64,000 bases of DNA from Octopus vulgaris (GCA_951406725.2 OX597822.1:36270001-36334000), one strand, 5' to 3'. Shown: positions 11,113 to 25,269, counted from the first letter of the stretch. Notes: a model not told the origin generated them from the letters alone. Numbers and translations are program-made.

Positions 11113-11542
11113 ACACATGAGCACACATCATCATCATTGTTGTCATTCTAATGTCTATTTTTCAATGTTTGTATAAGTTAGACAGAATTCATTGAGGTTT
11201 ATTTTCAATGGCCTGATCCCACTTCTTGTTGCTAATCCTCATCTGTTTCTAAGTAAGGTAATATTTCCCTGTGGCCAGACATGTTTTCACAGTATGTAGG
11301 ACACTGTTTGTATGATGGGGATTCTTGAAATTATCTCCCCTTTCTAATTTACAAATTTGGTGTCAGTCACAACTGCCAACCATGTCTTTCTTCACCTTTT
11401 ATCAAAACGAAGATGTCAATAAATCAAGAATTTATCTTGTAAGGTTATTTAACATACCTTTGCTTACTCCAAGATATTTCTCTTGGCTCATTTCTGTTTA
11501 TTTGTCTGTCTGTCTCTCTCTCTCTATATATATATGTATATA

Positions 11543-11628
11543 TGAGGAGTGTATGAAAAGTTTTGAGTCTTGAAGTCTTGTACCATGTTTTGTTTTTTGG
11601 AGACTCAAGACTTTTCAGACACCCCTTG
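11543..11628. mobile_element. Tiny mariner-type MITE (~86 bp, almost all TIR)
   Basis: tgaggagtgtatgaaaagttttgagtct / agactcaagacttttcagacaccccttg, flanked by TA. Confidence 0.7.
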
Positions 11629-12436
11629 TATATATATCCAAAATCGATCAAATCTCCTGCAAGTCAACATGGGATCTCTTGACGACAGTGTAAACTTCTT
11701 TTGATTAAGGTATCTTTGGCCCAACAAGTAGCTAGTGGATTACCCCTCATTTGGATATTACTACTTCTGAGATTCTGCTAACTATGAAATTTATGTAGCC
11801 TGGATTTTATCAACTTCATTCCCTAATTTTGGATTTCTATTCACATACAAAGCAACCTCTGCTGTTAACTGTAAGCTATAAAACAATTTTTTCCACATAC
11901 CAAACAAGAAAAATTTACAACCCTCTACGTCAATAAACCACTACTGTTCCAGAAAGTTGTTTTTTATACCTTCTACAGACTGCTCAAAGCTTACTGTCTT
12001 CCTACACCTTGATCTTTGGATCTTACCCTTACATATTATATATTGTTGCCATTATGTTAAACTGTTGTATGTCTAAATTTGGTCAAATCCATTTTTGTCA
12101 ATATTTAATTTTACTTGCAAAACTGGTTCTTTTGGTCAAACTATTGTATCTCCAGCTACTTGAGATGAAAATTATCAAAGCGTAGTACAACAGTTTAGCA
12201 TTTTTCAAAAGTGTAGTAAGTCTCACATACGACAGTTCTTCAAAAATATTTCTGTCTGAAAACATCATACATGCATGGAGTTATGATTTTAAGCACCCAA
12301 AAAAGGATTATTGTTAAGCTGAAACTGTTGCTAATGTAAAAAGAAATGGAATGGTGAAACTATTTTTTTGTTTTCTGAAAAAGCAACATTTTGGACTTCA
12401 AATGATACCACCCCACTGATCAGGAGGTTACTCTGT

Positions 12437-12545
12437 AGGAGTGGCTGTGTGGTAAGTGGCTTGCTTACCAACCACATGGTTCCGGGTTCAGTCCCACTGC
12501 GTGGCACCTTGGGCAAGTGTCTTCTACTATAGCCTCAGGCCAACC
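12437..12545 (+). mobile_element. SINE family A head fragment
   Basis: ggagtggctgtgtggtaag...ggttccgggttcagtcccactgcgtggcaccttgggcaagtgtcttctactatagcc. Confidence 0.8.
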
Positions 12546-13294
12546 ATTAATTTTACGTACTTCACTGAAGAACCACATTTAAGTGAGTTAACAGAGTAGT
12601 TTACATACAGTCAAGGAGTAAGCTGTTTGTATCCATAGAAGATAACTTAGCTCTCAACAGCAGAGTCCACCTGGTTCTAAGTAGGTACTACAAGTAGTAT
12701 AATTCACTATGTCAAGTATTGAAATGAGATTGTGATGGTTCATAGGAAAGAGTTCAGAAACTCCCATAGGAAAAGTTATTTGCAATTGACTGGCTTCCAA
12801 TTCAAGGACATTTAAAGTTTCATCTATTCAAGATGAGCCAACTGGGAAGGTAGACCGTGAATGAAATGGTTGGATAATAACCATAGTCTCAATAAGTTAC
12901 ACTTGAGAAAACAGAAGGCAAGTTTAACCCTTTAGTGTTCAGATTAATCTGTAAAATGTAATGCTTATGTGTTCACATTATTTTGAAATATTTAGGTTCA
13001 AAAGGGGTGTCCACAATATTTGCTTGTAACTTTAAATTTTTTACATAGATTTGAAATTTTGTTAGTGGGTGCTTATGTACCAGTGGTTTATAGTTATGTA
13101 ATTTTAGTTGATCTTTCTTATTAAATTTGACTTTTTTGAGCAGGTAAATTTAATTAACAGGTGTAAAAGAAATAACATTATGGTAGCAAAAATGTTAATG
13201 TTGCCAGCCATTCTGATTGACTTCTTTCTAAACAAATAATTCATAGATGATGCACCCAGGTTAATCTCCATTGTTTGTAACACTTACCTCGCAA

Positions 13295-13790
13295 ATTAAT
13301 GTAGTTCTCAAGGAGATTCAGCGTGATACTGAATGTGACTTGGCTGCCCTTTTGAAATACAGACACAACCCATTTTTGCCAGCTGAATGAACTGAAGCAA
13401 CATGAAATAAAGTGCCTTACTCTAGGACACAATGCACTGCCACCAAGAATCAAACTCACAACCTTGCAATCATGAGCTGAATTCCCTAACTACTTAGCCA
13501 CGTGACTTCACAGTGTAGGCATAGCCGTGTGGTTAAAAAGCTCACTTTACATTTGGATTCAGTCCCAATGTGGAACCCTGAGCCAAAACTGTATATATGT
13601 TTGTCTTTGTGTTTGTTCTCCAACACTTGACAAATGTTGGTTTGTTCCTGTCCCCATAACCTAGCAGTTCAGCAAAAGTGACTAGTAAAATTATAATTAT
13701 TAAAAAAAAAAAAAGGTACCGAGGTCAATTTGTTCAACCAAACTCTTCAAGATGGCTACAATCCAATGACTGAAACAAGTAAAAGAGTGA
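13295..13790. mobile_element. Head-to-head SINE pair (family B minus 13295-13510; family A plus 13515-13790)
   Basis: Similarity to the other copies of each family in the window. Confidence 0.6.
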
Positions 13791-14084
13791 TCTCTTTCAA
13801 AGATGTCCACAAGGCTTTGGCTTTGTTGGTGCATAACCTTGGATAACTCTATATAAGATTTCATACTATGTGGTTGGGTTTCAACAAGTAAGAATACCAC
13901 TTGATCACCTATGAAAACTAGAAGTCTTGTGAAATACAGCAACCCAGGGTTTCCTGGTTGAAATATTAATTTTACCATTTTTTAACCTGATGAAACACAG
14001 CTTGAAAAATGGCAAAGTAAGAAACCAAGATAAATTCCATTTTAACAATTATGGCATTAAATTATAAAAATTACACATATATAT

Positions 14085-14470
14085 AGGTGTAGGTTATGAC
14101 TATGTGGCAAAGAAACTTGCTTTGTCACCATGTTGTTTTGGGTTCAGTGCCAATGTGTAACACCTTGGGTGAGTACCTTCTACTATAGCCCCAGGTTGAC
14201 CAACACCCCTATGAATGAATTTTGTAGGCATAAATTGTGTGGAAGCCTACCGTGCGTATGTGTCTTTTTGTGTCGGTGTTTATCCCCTCACACCACTTGA
14301 CAACTGGTGTTGGTTTGTTTATGTCCCTGTCACTTAGTGGTTTAGCAAAAGAGAAGAGTAAGTACCAGACTTTTAAAAAATACTGGGGTTGATTTGTTTG
14401 ACTAAAATTCTTCAAGAGAGTGCCCCAACAGGGCCTCGGTCCAATGACTGAAACAAATAAAACATGAGAG
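14085..14470 (+). mobile_element. tRNA-head SINE (family A), near full length
   Basis: Head, body and 3' tail are all present. Confidence 0.78.
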
Positions 14471-14539
14471 ATAAACATGTAGCAAAAATGTTAAAGCAGA
14501 TTTGATCAACAGTTATTGAAAGAGAAAAGGAAACCAAAT

Positions 14540-17500
14540 GTTAGAGCTAGAGAAAATTTTATTTCTTTTGTTTGTTCTTTTACAAGTCTGAAGTGTGTCA
14601 GATTGGAATGGGAAAAAAACCTTTACATAGGAAAAAAAGCAACAAAACTTTAGCTTTGAAGGTAACTGTCATGATTCAGTGTCTTATATGTGAGTGTGTA
14701 ACTGTTGAGGAAAATAGCACCAATAGGCAAGTGTGAGGGGAAAATTTAGAATTTTAAAAAAGAAGAACTCAGTTTAACAGAAAGATATAAGTGTGGATTA
14801 GGGGGTGGGGGGTCTGAGATAAAAAGAAAAAGAATTTGATTTATTTCAAATTGAAAACAATACCAGATACTGATACATTTAAAGAATGTTTAGCATGAAA
14901 CACAGAGCCGGAGTTAGAGTATTCGGTGCCCCAGGCCAGTGCTACGAAGTGCAGCTGTTTGGCCAATACAGCCAAGAGTAGTAGCTTATAAATATGTAGC
15001 ATACATACAATTGTTCAGCTGAAGATTATTTTATTTCTGATACTGCTAAAACATTGTTTAAACAACTACAGCATCCATATCTGTTGACAGATATGAATAG
15101 TAAGACTAGGATTTACCAAAAAAAAGTTATCATAATCTCTCTCTCTCTCTTTTTTTTGTTTTCTTTATGTTCTTTGAAAAAAATCTGTACTTTTAGCTAG
15201 ATTAAGAAATTACATCCAAACAGTTCAGAATTTAGATTTTAACATCTTAAGTAATCTCTTGGTTTTCCAAGTGCATAGCACCGACCCTGTTAGTACCAAT
15301 CTATAAACAGGGGACTAGTGGTGAGTAACAAATACATAAACATGCCAATAATGGCTTTCTTCAGCTGAATTTATACCATTATATGTTTTTTCATAAGCTA
15401 AAGTGTATCTTTACCAAATGGTTGATGTAACCAAGTCTTCTCCCAAGACTCCTAATATTTATGTAGAAAGAATGACATTGTTTTGATATCAGCAGGAATT
15501 AATTTTAATACAGATAATGGCTTCAAACCAGCTTTTTAAAACTGAGAGGTAGATACTTATAAAGGAAACCTACAACACTGAATTAATCCAAAACGAGCTG
15601 CTTGATTTTAAAGATGTGAAAAGGAGTAATATGGCATGCAAAGAGCATCAAAGCCAAAATTTAAATAAACATTTAAGAATAATGTTAAATTCAATAAATA
15701 TGAACATATGAAAAAAAAATTTCTATGACCACATTATTATTATTATTATGATGATAATGATTATTACTATTATTTAAATTAAAATTTTGATGAACATTTT
15801 AAAAATTGTTTTACATCATTCTTTTAAACTGAGTTCTGTATATTCTGATAAGAGGTAGATAAACCGCACACATGCACACACATATACAACATTTGTTTAA
15901 CTTGAAAGAAAATATCAATAAGAAAAGAAAATATTGATAATTCTACTTAAAATTCCATTCAGAAAGATGGAATTAATGCAGGAGACTAAAGACAGGTTGA
16001 AATCTCAGATATGAAATAATATAGATGTGTCTCTCCCTCTATATATATTTAAATATCTCGTTAAATGCTCAGAGTCAAAACTGGTACAATAAGTTTTACT
16101 AACAGCTCTATTAACTTTAAACTTATTTCAATCTAAGAAAGTCTGTTTGACTTAATAATAATAAGAGACTTTCAAAAACAAATTGTGAGTTTTGAAACAT
16201 TAAAGTCTTGCATAGATTTATATTTAAAGGTAAAAAAAAAAAAAAAAGAAATGCTTTATCCAATAAATTTTAAATATTTTTCTTGGTTTTTATTTTTAGA
16301 AAAATAATCTCATCCTTGTTTGTCTCACTTGTGTAAAAACTAATTTCCAAATAGTAATCTTTGTCCATACTAAGTGAAATTTATCTATTCAACTTTAAAT
16401 ATAATTCCATATTTATAGCTCAATATAACAAATGTAAAGGGTAACAAAAATAATCTAAAACTGGTTATTCCATATAGCGTGTCGCTGGCAGTCACAGGCC
16501 AATTCAATAACTGGTAAGGCACAACAGTACATATGCTTCGCAGCAACCTAATATATCTGCACTGTTGCCTTTGTCGTCTTCATTTTACTTTTATAGCAGC
16601 CAGCACCTAATTGGACATCATTAAACTATTAAGCAAGAAGCGGTACTTTTGACTGAGACAGACAAGAAAGGGGACAGAAATGAGAAGAGAGAAGGCTAAT
16701 GTATAATATTCTCACTAAACACATTTCAAACTCAAATATTTAAAGACCGAAGCTTATTTCAATAAAATGTTTAAATTATTACATCTAATCAGAACAAAAT
16801 TCTTTTGAAGGAAGTAAAATGTCCAATTCAAAGTTCTTTAGATTTACACATAATACTTCTTAAACTAGTCTTTACTAAATTCTTTATGGTAATTAAATTT
16901 CAAAATATTGTCCAAAGATAACAGTTGCATTAAATGATAAAAAAAAAAATGAAAACCATGATATAAATATAATGAAGACAATATATTCAAGAAGTCTAAC
17001 TGGCTAAATGGTATCTACTGCTTGTGCACACATACACGCACACAGTCACCCCCTCAAGTAGCCAACACAACTACTAAATGATACTAGCAGCCAATGCAAA
17101 CAAAATACAACGACTATTGTTAAAGTTATATCCAAAATATCATTGCACATGTTTGCTTGTGTAGGCAAGCACAGCTTCTCCTCTTCAAGTCTTATAGTGC
17201 TGTACTACTATCAGTTTCAGAAGAACCATGTGGGCATGTGCATGCTATTGACTTTGATATTTACTACTGTTACTACTACAGGAATCAATTGTCTACAATA
17301 GTGCTGTATCAGATTTTTTTTCTTTAGGCAACATTAGCAGAAGTTTTTTTTTGTTGTTTGTGTTGTTGTTGTTGTTGAGATTCTTATACTCATTATGATT
17401 ATTTTGAAGTATATCAGTAAGATAATTACCATTAGCAGCATACATATTACATTTAACGGGGGGAAAAAAATGTAGGTAACTGTTGGAATAAAATTTAGCC

Positions 17501-17843
17501 CTACCTCAATTGGGACACTGTTGTTGTCTTTTTTTTTTTTTGTTTGATATTTTGAAATTTTTGTTTTACATATACAAAAATATGTTAAGGTTTTTGGTTA
17601 CAGGAAAGAATTCAAAAGTTTTTCCTAATAACTACTGAAAAAAAATTCAAATGAGTTAAGGCAGCAGCTGCAGCAGTTGAGTCTGCTAGATACATCGCTC
17701 TTCCCGGTAATCTAGGAGAGGTGAACTCCAGACAAAGACAGCAAAAGTAATGAATGTAGCATGCCTCCTCCTCCACGCACTGGTCAACAGGTGAGAAGGA
17801 ACACAAATGGTCCGATGCACAGCACTGCTTGGCATCCACATCA
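14540..17843 (-). other. Probable long 3'UTR of the d4/DPF gene
   Basis: Follows the stop codon; about 3.3 kb with no recognisable transposon in a repeat-rich window; minus-strand AATAAA at 16289-16294, 15030-15035, 14840-14845 and 14558-14563. The end point is uncertain. Confidence 0.5.
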
Positions 17844-17911
17844 TCATTGCATGCCCTCGGGCTTTTTACCTCCGTGGAATTCCTCTATGCACAAGTGGCA
17901 ACTCCAACTAC
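17844..17911 (-). CDS. DPF2: d4/DPF last coding exon (G-SWSCHLCIEEFHGGKKPEGMQ*), end of PHD2
   Basis: ttacag acceptor, phase 1, conserved GSWSCHLC, TGA at 17846-17844. Symbol denotes the d4 family; the gene is likely co-orthologous to DPF1/2/3. Confidence 0.95.
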
Positions 17912-18012
17912 CTGTAACGAAAGATAAATGTAAGAAAGATCAGAATATAGAACTTATTTGATAATCAAAATACAATACACATGATAGTTTTCAATGAAAA
18001 CAAAGAGAGAAA

Positions 18013-18262
18013 AAGCATCCATGTTGGTGCCATGTAAAAGCACCCATGCCAGTGCCACGTAAGTAGCATCTGTGCTGGTGCCACATAATAACACAGGTGC
18101 TAGTGCCACATTAAAATCACCCAGTATACTATGTAAAGTGATAAGTATTAGGAAGGGCATCCAGCCATAGAAACCAAGTCAAATCAGGCTGGAACATGGT
18201 ACAGCTCTCCAGCTTGCTAGCTCTAGTTAAACCTTCCAACCTATGCTAAGTGATGAGGATGA
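18013..18262 (+). mobile_element. (GAT)n-tailed retroposon (degenerate)
   Basis: Tandem ggtgccacgtaa units followed by the family core. Confidence 0.65.
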
Positions 18263-18385
18263 TATAAGTACACACACACAATTTTAAGTATCTTATTACA
18301 GATTATCTAAAATAAGCACTACTTAAAATTCAATAATGAAATGGTAATTTTTGTTTTTTAAAAGTTATGCATGTGTGTATCTGCC

Positions 18386-18673
18386 TACATACATGTGAAA
18401 TGCTTAAAACTTCATTATATAAATCTGAAAGTGAGTTCTTTACTCTCGTCTACTCCACTTAACATTATAAAATGAATCTTAGTTAACATGAATAAATGTT
18501 ACATACATACATGTGAGATACATGTATGTATCTCACATACATACATGCGAGATGCTACATACATACATGTGAGATGCTTAAAACTTCATTATGTGAATCT
18601 GAAAGTACGTTCTTTACTCTTGTCTACTCCACTTAACATTATAAAATGAATCTTAGTTAACATGAATAAATGT
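18386..18673. repeat. Local tandem duplication of ~115 bp with a palindromic spacer
   Basis: gcttaaaacttcattat...tctactccacttaacattataaaatgaatcttagttaacatgaataaatgtt occurs twice. Confidence 0.9.
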
Positions 18674-18803
18674 TCTGTGTTAGTATCAAAGTCAGTGACT
18701 AACAGGAAGAATATTTTGGAAGGACAATTTTTTTCTGAGGAAGTAAGTGCAAATAGGCAATGTGTTTCAGTACATAATGCATATATGTATATAGTTATAT
18801 TAC

Positions 18804-18885
18804 CCTCAGGTGGTTCCGATAACTGAGGAGTCAAGCAATACATATGATAGCCTCGGTCACAGTCATCACAGAACAGAAGCTGTTC
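18804..18885 (-). CDS. DPF2: d4/DPF exon, PHD2 ([28 protein letters not shown])
   Basis: ttag acceptor, G|gtaata donor, 82 nt, phase 0 to 1; nearly identical to vertebrate DPF PHD2. Confidence 0.97.
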
Positions 18886-18965
18886 CTAATAGGAGAAAGA
18901 AAAGAAAGGAAAATTAATTTTATATATATATATACATAACATACATACATATACACACACACACA

Positions 18966-19809
18966 CAAGGTGGTATCAAAAGGTTCCAGGAGTAGTTATG
19001 CATAATAAAAAATAACTTTTTACACCAGTCCCAGTGTTCCTGCCACTTTTGGAATCCGGCCTGGACGTTGTTTTCCTGTAAGCAGGTCAAGGACCTTCTG
19101 TGATTCACTCTGGATCTCGACAATGGTGTTAAAACAGTTACCTTTGAGTTGCATTTTCATCTTGGAGAAAAGATGGAAGCCTGCAGATGCTAAATTTGGT
19201 AAATAGGGCAGGTGCAGAAGTGATACCATGTTGTTTTTGGCAAGAAACTCACAAGTAAGACGAGCTTGGTGACAGGATGCATTGTTGTTGTGAAAAATCC
19301 AATTCTTTGTAGTCCACAGATCCCGTCGCTTTCACTGGATGTCCTTCATTAAACACTTAAAAACATCGCAGTACAACTCTCAATTGGTGGTCTAGCTCTG
19401 GGGGACAAATTCTCGATGCACAAAACCAAATTTCTGGGGGTGACACTCATGGCAGGTCTTCTAGGGACATTCTTCTACTTTTGAAGCACCCAGGCCTCTT
19501 GAAACATTGTGTACAATCCAATGCCTCATTTCCATAAGCTTGCTGAAGCATGTTCAATGTCTCTGTAGCAGACTTCCCAAGTTTAATACAAAATTTCATG
19601 TTGGCTCTTTGTTCCTATCCATGAAAAAAATTGCAGACTACAGCATACATGTGATCACAAAAACACATATTTGTGAAGTAAACCCAATGACATCACTGGT
19701 CACACTGCCTCATGAAGATCACTGCTAGCTTTCAGTGCACATACAAGTGTGTGCTGCCATCTGTTGGCATGCTACAGGACTAGTTTGGAGACTTTTTGAA
19801 ACCACCTTG
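18966..19809 (-). mobile_element. Mariner transposon remnant (internally deleted)
   Basis: TIRs caaggtggt(a/t)tcaaaa; PYLPNLASAGFHLFSKMKMQLKG is a decayed YSPDLAPxDF motif; WEHWDWC C-terminus. Confidence 0.85.
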
Positions 19810-20344
19810 TGTGTGTGCGTATGAAATAGTAAAAGTCTCCACATGAAACAATGCAAAACAAAAATTTGGGAAAATAATGGAATGAAACTTAGAAAGCCAA
19901 AGAACATATAATTCATTTAAATGACAACTAATTAGAAAATAATTAAACATATTTATAATAGAGCTATTTACAGATTACAGGCTTATCAAAAGATTTTACA
20001 CATAAATGATGAAATGATTTGGCTATTTGGTTCATGTGAATAAGAACACTTCAAATTTCCTTCATAACAAGCAATTCTTTTTGTTTATTATTTACATTTG
20101 ACAGATATTTGTCCTCATCTTTTTGTTGTTTAGTAAATCTAATAATAAAATAAACTGAAACAGTACAGCTATTTAATTTGGGGACTAGAAAAATATGGGC
20201 TTCACTGTATCTCGTATGTCATTAGAAACCAACTTCAACATAATGTGAAAATGACTAACTTTGCCATTAGTCTGAGCTTTTGCCCACTGCAGAAAAAAAT
20301 TCCTTTGCAAGGAAAGAAATTATTTTTGAGTTAACATACATCAT

Positions 20345-20760
20345 CCATTTAATAATGTCCACTTTTCATTGTTTGTATGGGTCAGAAAGAATTTGTTGAG
20401 GTAGATTTTCTATGGCCAAATGCTCTTTCTGTTGATAACCCACATCTATTTCCAAGCAAAGCAATATTTTCCAGTAACTAGACGTGTTTTTCGTGGAAGA
20501 CAGGAAATGAACAACCTCGCTTGCAAGACAATGATGCTCATTTACAACCATCATGTGATGTCTAGACAAGGGTAAACACAAAAACACACACACACAACGG
20601 ACCCCCATCAGCCTCTGCCTATTAACTCCACACGCAAGGCTTTGGTCAATCACAGACAATAGTAAAAGACACATGCCCAAGGTGCTGCACTGTGGAACAG
20701 AACCCTGAGACCACATGGCTAGGAAACAAGCTTTTCAACCATATAGCCACACATGCACCT
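20345..20760 (-). mobile_element. SINE-like repeat(s) with a family A head at 20620-20760
   Basis: Reverse tRNA-like head; the body resembles 11125-11320. Confidence 0.6.
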
Positions 20761-21228
20761 ATTTTGATATAAGTTTTCTATAAAGAATTTTCTAAAAGAT
20801 ACTACTTGGTAATACTTTGATTAAACCAGATGCTAGAGTAGCCTTATTGACAAAACCAACCTAATAGAAAACAGCAATACCACCCTTGTTCCTTACATCT
20901 CATTAAAATCAATTCAACAAAAATCTTCTGTAATACTGCTGGTATACAATAGCGGAAGCCAATATCTATTCAGAATTTACAAATATGTTCAGATTCTTTT
21001 CTTACTTCAGCATGTGCTGTAAACCTATTATAATTCAGCAGTTTAATTTCACATCCATTGTGGCTTATTTCATGACAAAGTAATTTTATTTATTTTTATT
21101 TATGAATTAGGAAACTATTTTATTCAATATCAACTTGTTTATATGTCTTTATCCTATAATTCACTGCTAGTCAGAAAAGATCTTAAAGTTTGCAGAGAAC
21201 TGTACATATTTTCAGGAAATAGGAACAG

Positions 21229-21260
<32 letters not shown>

Positions 21261-23895
21261 AAATATTTTTGAATTTCTACTCTGCAAGACAACTTTGGAC
21301 ATTTCTAATGGAGAAAATATTTAACAACAAAAACTGAGAAAATATTAATCTGAATATAGTAAATGAAATTTTGAAGCTAACAAAGCTCTAAATATGAAGT
21401 TTGATGTAGTGTGGCTAATAGTAACAACCAGTAACCAGCATGTTAGTGATTGGTGAAATAGTGATAGGTGTAAATAGTGAAAGGCTAAATTGATAGCTAA
21501 AGAATTGGTAAACACTAATGAAGATGATAACTAAGTCTAGATATAAACAGTCTCTGAAAAAAGATAATGCATGTATTAATAATAAGTGCAGTTGTTAAGA
21601 TTAGATTTAGATTAAAGTAAAGCGAATTTGGTGGGTCACAAAAGCTTGCCGGTAATTAGCTGGAGTTGTGGGTCAGTGCTAGATGTGTTAAAATGTGCTA
21701 CCCATGGTCACAGTTGTTCTCAGTTTTACAATACCTACAGCAAATATCCTGCAGTTTCTTGATCCATGCTGTTGCAAACCTGATTACATCAAAAACAGAT
21801 TGGTCTGCAAGAATACAAGGTCACACTTTATCAGGTGTTGTATCTGACATGAAAGCTAAGTTCAAAACAAAATAAACAATGCCAGCTCTTGCCATTAACC
21901 ACCTAAATCTAGTTTTTAGTGGACACTAGCATACTTGATGTGGAAAACCCAGAAATCCTAATTAATTGAAATTATATCCTTACAGGTGAGAACTATAATT
22001 TTCTAAATGGCTATTTCTTGGGGGGGAGGCGGGAACACATGCGTTTTTAATTAATTTATTAAATTAGATATAGAATGCAGTATTGAGTTTAATCTTCATC
22101 AGTATGGTGACAACTCTGAAGATCTTTCTTACTGAACCCCACTTAGTGAAGCATTGTCTGTTACTGCAGGTCTTTTATGATGAGAGAAGTAAATAGGGTT
22201 CTGTTGAATGAACACAGAGTGGCTTTATAAAGTAAAAGACTAGGAGAATATAACTGGAGATGCTTGTTGTGCTTGTGTGTGTTTGTGTGTGTGTATTACA
22301 CTTCACACGTGCTCTTGACAGTTCTATCATTTGTGTATATTGCAAAGCACCAATCTAGAACTGCAGGGATGCCTACTAAATATAAATTATCGCTATTAAC
22401 TAATTTAAAAATAATTAACAGTGACCATGGTAGAGACAAGTAATAAATGGGAAAGCTAACTGCAAGACAAAACAGTTTTACTGACAAAATGTTCTCCAAG
22501 CTGATATCTATAACACCCACACACGACAAATCAGCTATTTATTTCACCTGAGTATATATATATGCAATATTATTTGATAATCTAATGTCCATAAGAATTT
22601 TACAGGTCATTAATCCTCATATCCAATATGTTATATATAAGTTACATCTCATTAAAAATATATCATTCCACAGATAACTCCCATTGCCTTATCCAATATA
22701 CATGATTGTTAATACTTTGACATAAATTTGGATAAACAGAAATGTTTGAGAATGTTTTTTTTTAGATGTTAGCAGCTAATATTTTTAGTAATTTGGTGTA
22801 AATCAAAGTTTAAAAGTAAAAAGAAACTGCATCATTTCAAAACATTTAGTACTTTAGATAGATTTTTATAGTGACTCATAGGTACCAAGAAAGCAGATAT
22901 GGAACACTGTAGTTCATGAGATTAGGATCAAACCAATGTCCTATCATTTAGCATCTAACTCACTGCGATGCTGGAAAACAGGTTTCCTACAAGCCAAATC
23001 AGGAAAACTCCCTGGCAGTGATTCTTAACTGTTCCTCTCTCATTTACCACCTTCAGCTTAATCCCATGCAAAAATACAATCAATATAACAGAAAACATCA
23101 CAACTTATCATGTTTTCATTATTCACCAAAATAAATTTTTAATAAACCTTGTGGATTACTAATATAGGATAAAGTATGATATATGTATCCCTTACCACAT
23201 AAATATTTACCCCGATGAGTAAATTTACCTGTGATTGAGAATCAATACCTTACATAGTCACAAATCTGTCAAATCATACCCTACCATCTTTAAAAAGGAC
23301 AGATACATCGAACAATGTAGCAGGAGTCCTTGAAGTACAAAAATGGAAGTCTATTCAATCAAGGATGACTTGGGGCTAAACAACAGGTGTAACACTCACA
23401 ATAAATACATATCATTTCTTGGTCAATTCCCATAACATTTCTTATAGTAATAACAGTGTTGATATATTTGTACAAATCTGACAGAATAAGACAAAACAAA
23501 AATGAATTCTTAAAACAGTTTAACCTGGAAAACAATACATGCTATGAAAAATTAATGTAACGAAATGAGAGTTACTTTGAATCCTTTGATTTCAGTCACA
23601 AGTAAGAAATTTCCACTGGTAATTAAAAACAGTTCTGTTAATTTAAGTTTATTTAAATCTGGTTAATGGGGGAAAAATCTAAGCAACAATCCTCTAAGGA
23701 CATGAAATGTGAATTTTCTTAAATGCAAATTTCTCAAACCCTTTTTTTAAACCATACAACAAATCAAAACAGTGGCAATAGAAGCTATAGTAGCAACAGC
23801 ACTAAGAAGATGCAAATATATTTTCAAAGAAATATATATATAAGTAATAAAAAAAAAAAATTGAGAAAATAAAAAAAAAGCAAACATATGCTTAC

Positions 23896-24008
23896 ATCAT
23901 TATCGGATGTCCCACAGAGACCACAAGACTTGCATTCGATACATTGCCAAGGATATTTCTTCACGGATATAATCATGTTTGGAGTAAACTGCAGGCAGGA
24001 TGGATGCC
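23896..24008 (-). CDS. DPF2: d4/DPF exon, PHD1-PHD2 junction ([38 protein letters not shown])
   Basis: ccag acceptor, GAT|gtaagc donor, 113 nt, phase 1 to 0. Confidence 0.97.
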
Positions 24009-25269
24009 CTGGATCAAGACAAACAAAATGGATTGGAAGAAATTGTAAAGCCCAAGCAAGAAAATTAATGTAATTTTCATGAGCATTTGTAGCCAAGCAA
24101 TTAAAATATAAACTTTCTTTTAATAATAATGATAAAAAGAGAAAAAAAAATTCTGAGTAATAAATAACCTAAAGAGGAGTGTTAATGGCAAGTTGTTATA
24201 CTTACAATTGCAAACAGTATCAGAGCTCTGAGAAAGAGAGTATGAAATATAATTGTAACATTTGGATGGGGGGCAAAATTGTAAATGTCGAAACTATAAT
24301 GATACACCATGAAGGATCTATAACAGCAATGGAAGAGAAGATGCAGCCAAAATAGTTGTTTTGGTACAGAATTTAAAACCAAGCTTCCTTAAAATGTTTC
24401 CTTATATGTACTAAATATGTAATTGAGATAAATATTATAGGGTTTTTACAATTTTGCTCAGTAACTGTTGGGCTGTGTATTTGTTTTTGTATTTATGGAG
24501 GAAGACAGAGGTATATAAAATTGTTTATTAGCTTACTAAAAAGCAACATAGTAATTTTTAATATTTTTTCCTATGCATGAACAAAACCAATAAAATACAG
24601 CTCCTGTCCTAGTCTGTCAAAGCTAGATTTCAAATATTTAGTAAATTAAATCACCCAGTAAATAAGCTTAATAATATAGAATATTTTCACATCACATGGA
24701 TATATATTTCCTTGGTTCACAGATTTGTCTCATGATATAGTTTTAAACAATGTTCATTAATGTATTTCAAGATTACATTAATGTAATAGTATGATCTAAA
24801 TTATAGCTTATATCATCACATAATTATATGTTGAAACAACATAAGAAAATAACAGGTTTAACTACTATCATTTTCATGCCTGTTCTTCCAAACTGGCATG
24901 GGTTGGGACTGGAAGTTTTGGCACAGTTTAACAACCAAATACTCTTCCTGATACCAGCCCTTTTAGTTCTGTTTTATGACACTCAACTATAAACTGTACT
25001 TATCCCTGCATGTCATAAGAGGTGACTAAAAGGAGCTGGTGTTAAGAAGGCAGACTTTCAATATTTCCAAATATCTTTTGCCAAATAATCAACAAACAGG
25101 ACTTAGATTTTTGTTGCAAATACACAAAACTCTGATACTAAAACCAAACTTAAAATTGCAAAGTTTCTTGTCAAATCACTTAACTGCTGCAAGGAGTCTA
25201 ACAACAAGTTTCCTCAACACATATACTCCTCAAGAGTATATTATACTCTTACACAAAGAGTGAAGACAA

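Noticed and set aside
21700-21805. Good acceptor (ttcttgcag) inside the phase-0 d4 intron
   Set aside because: The in-phase reading stops after 6 codons (TNLFLM*); the longer frame needs exon skipping and shows no motif. Insufficient support.
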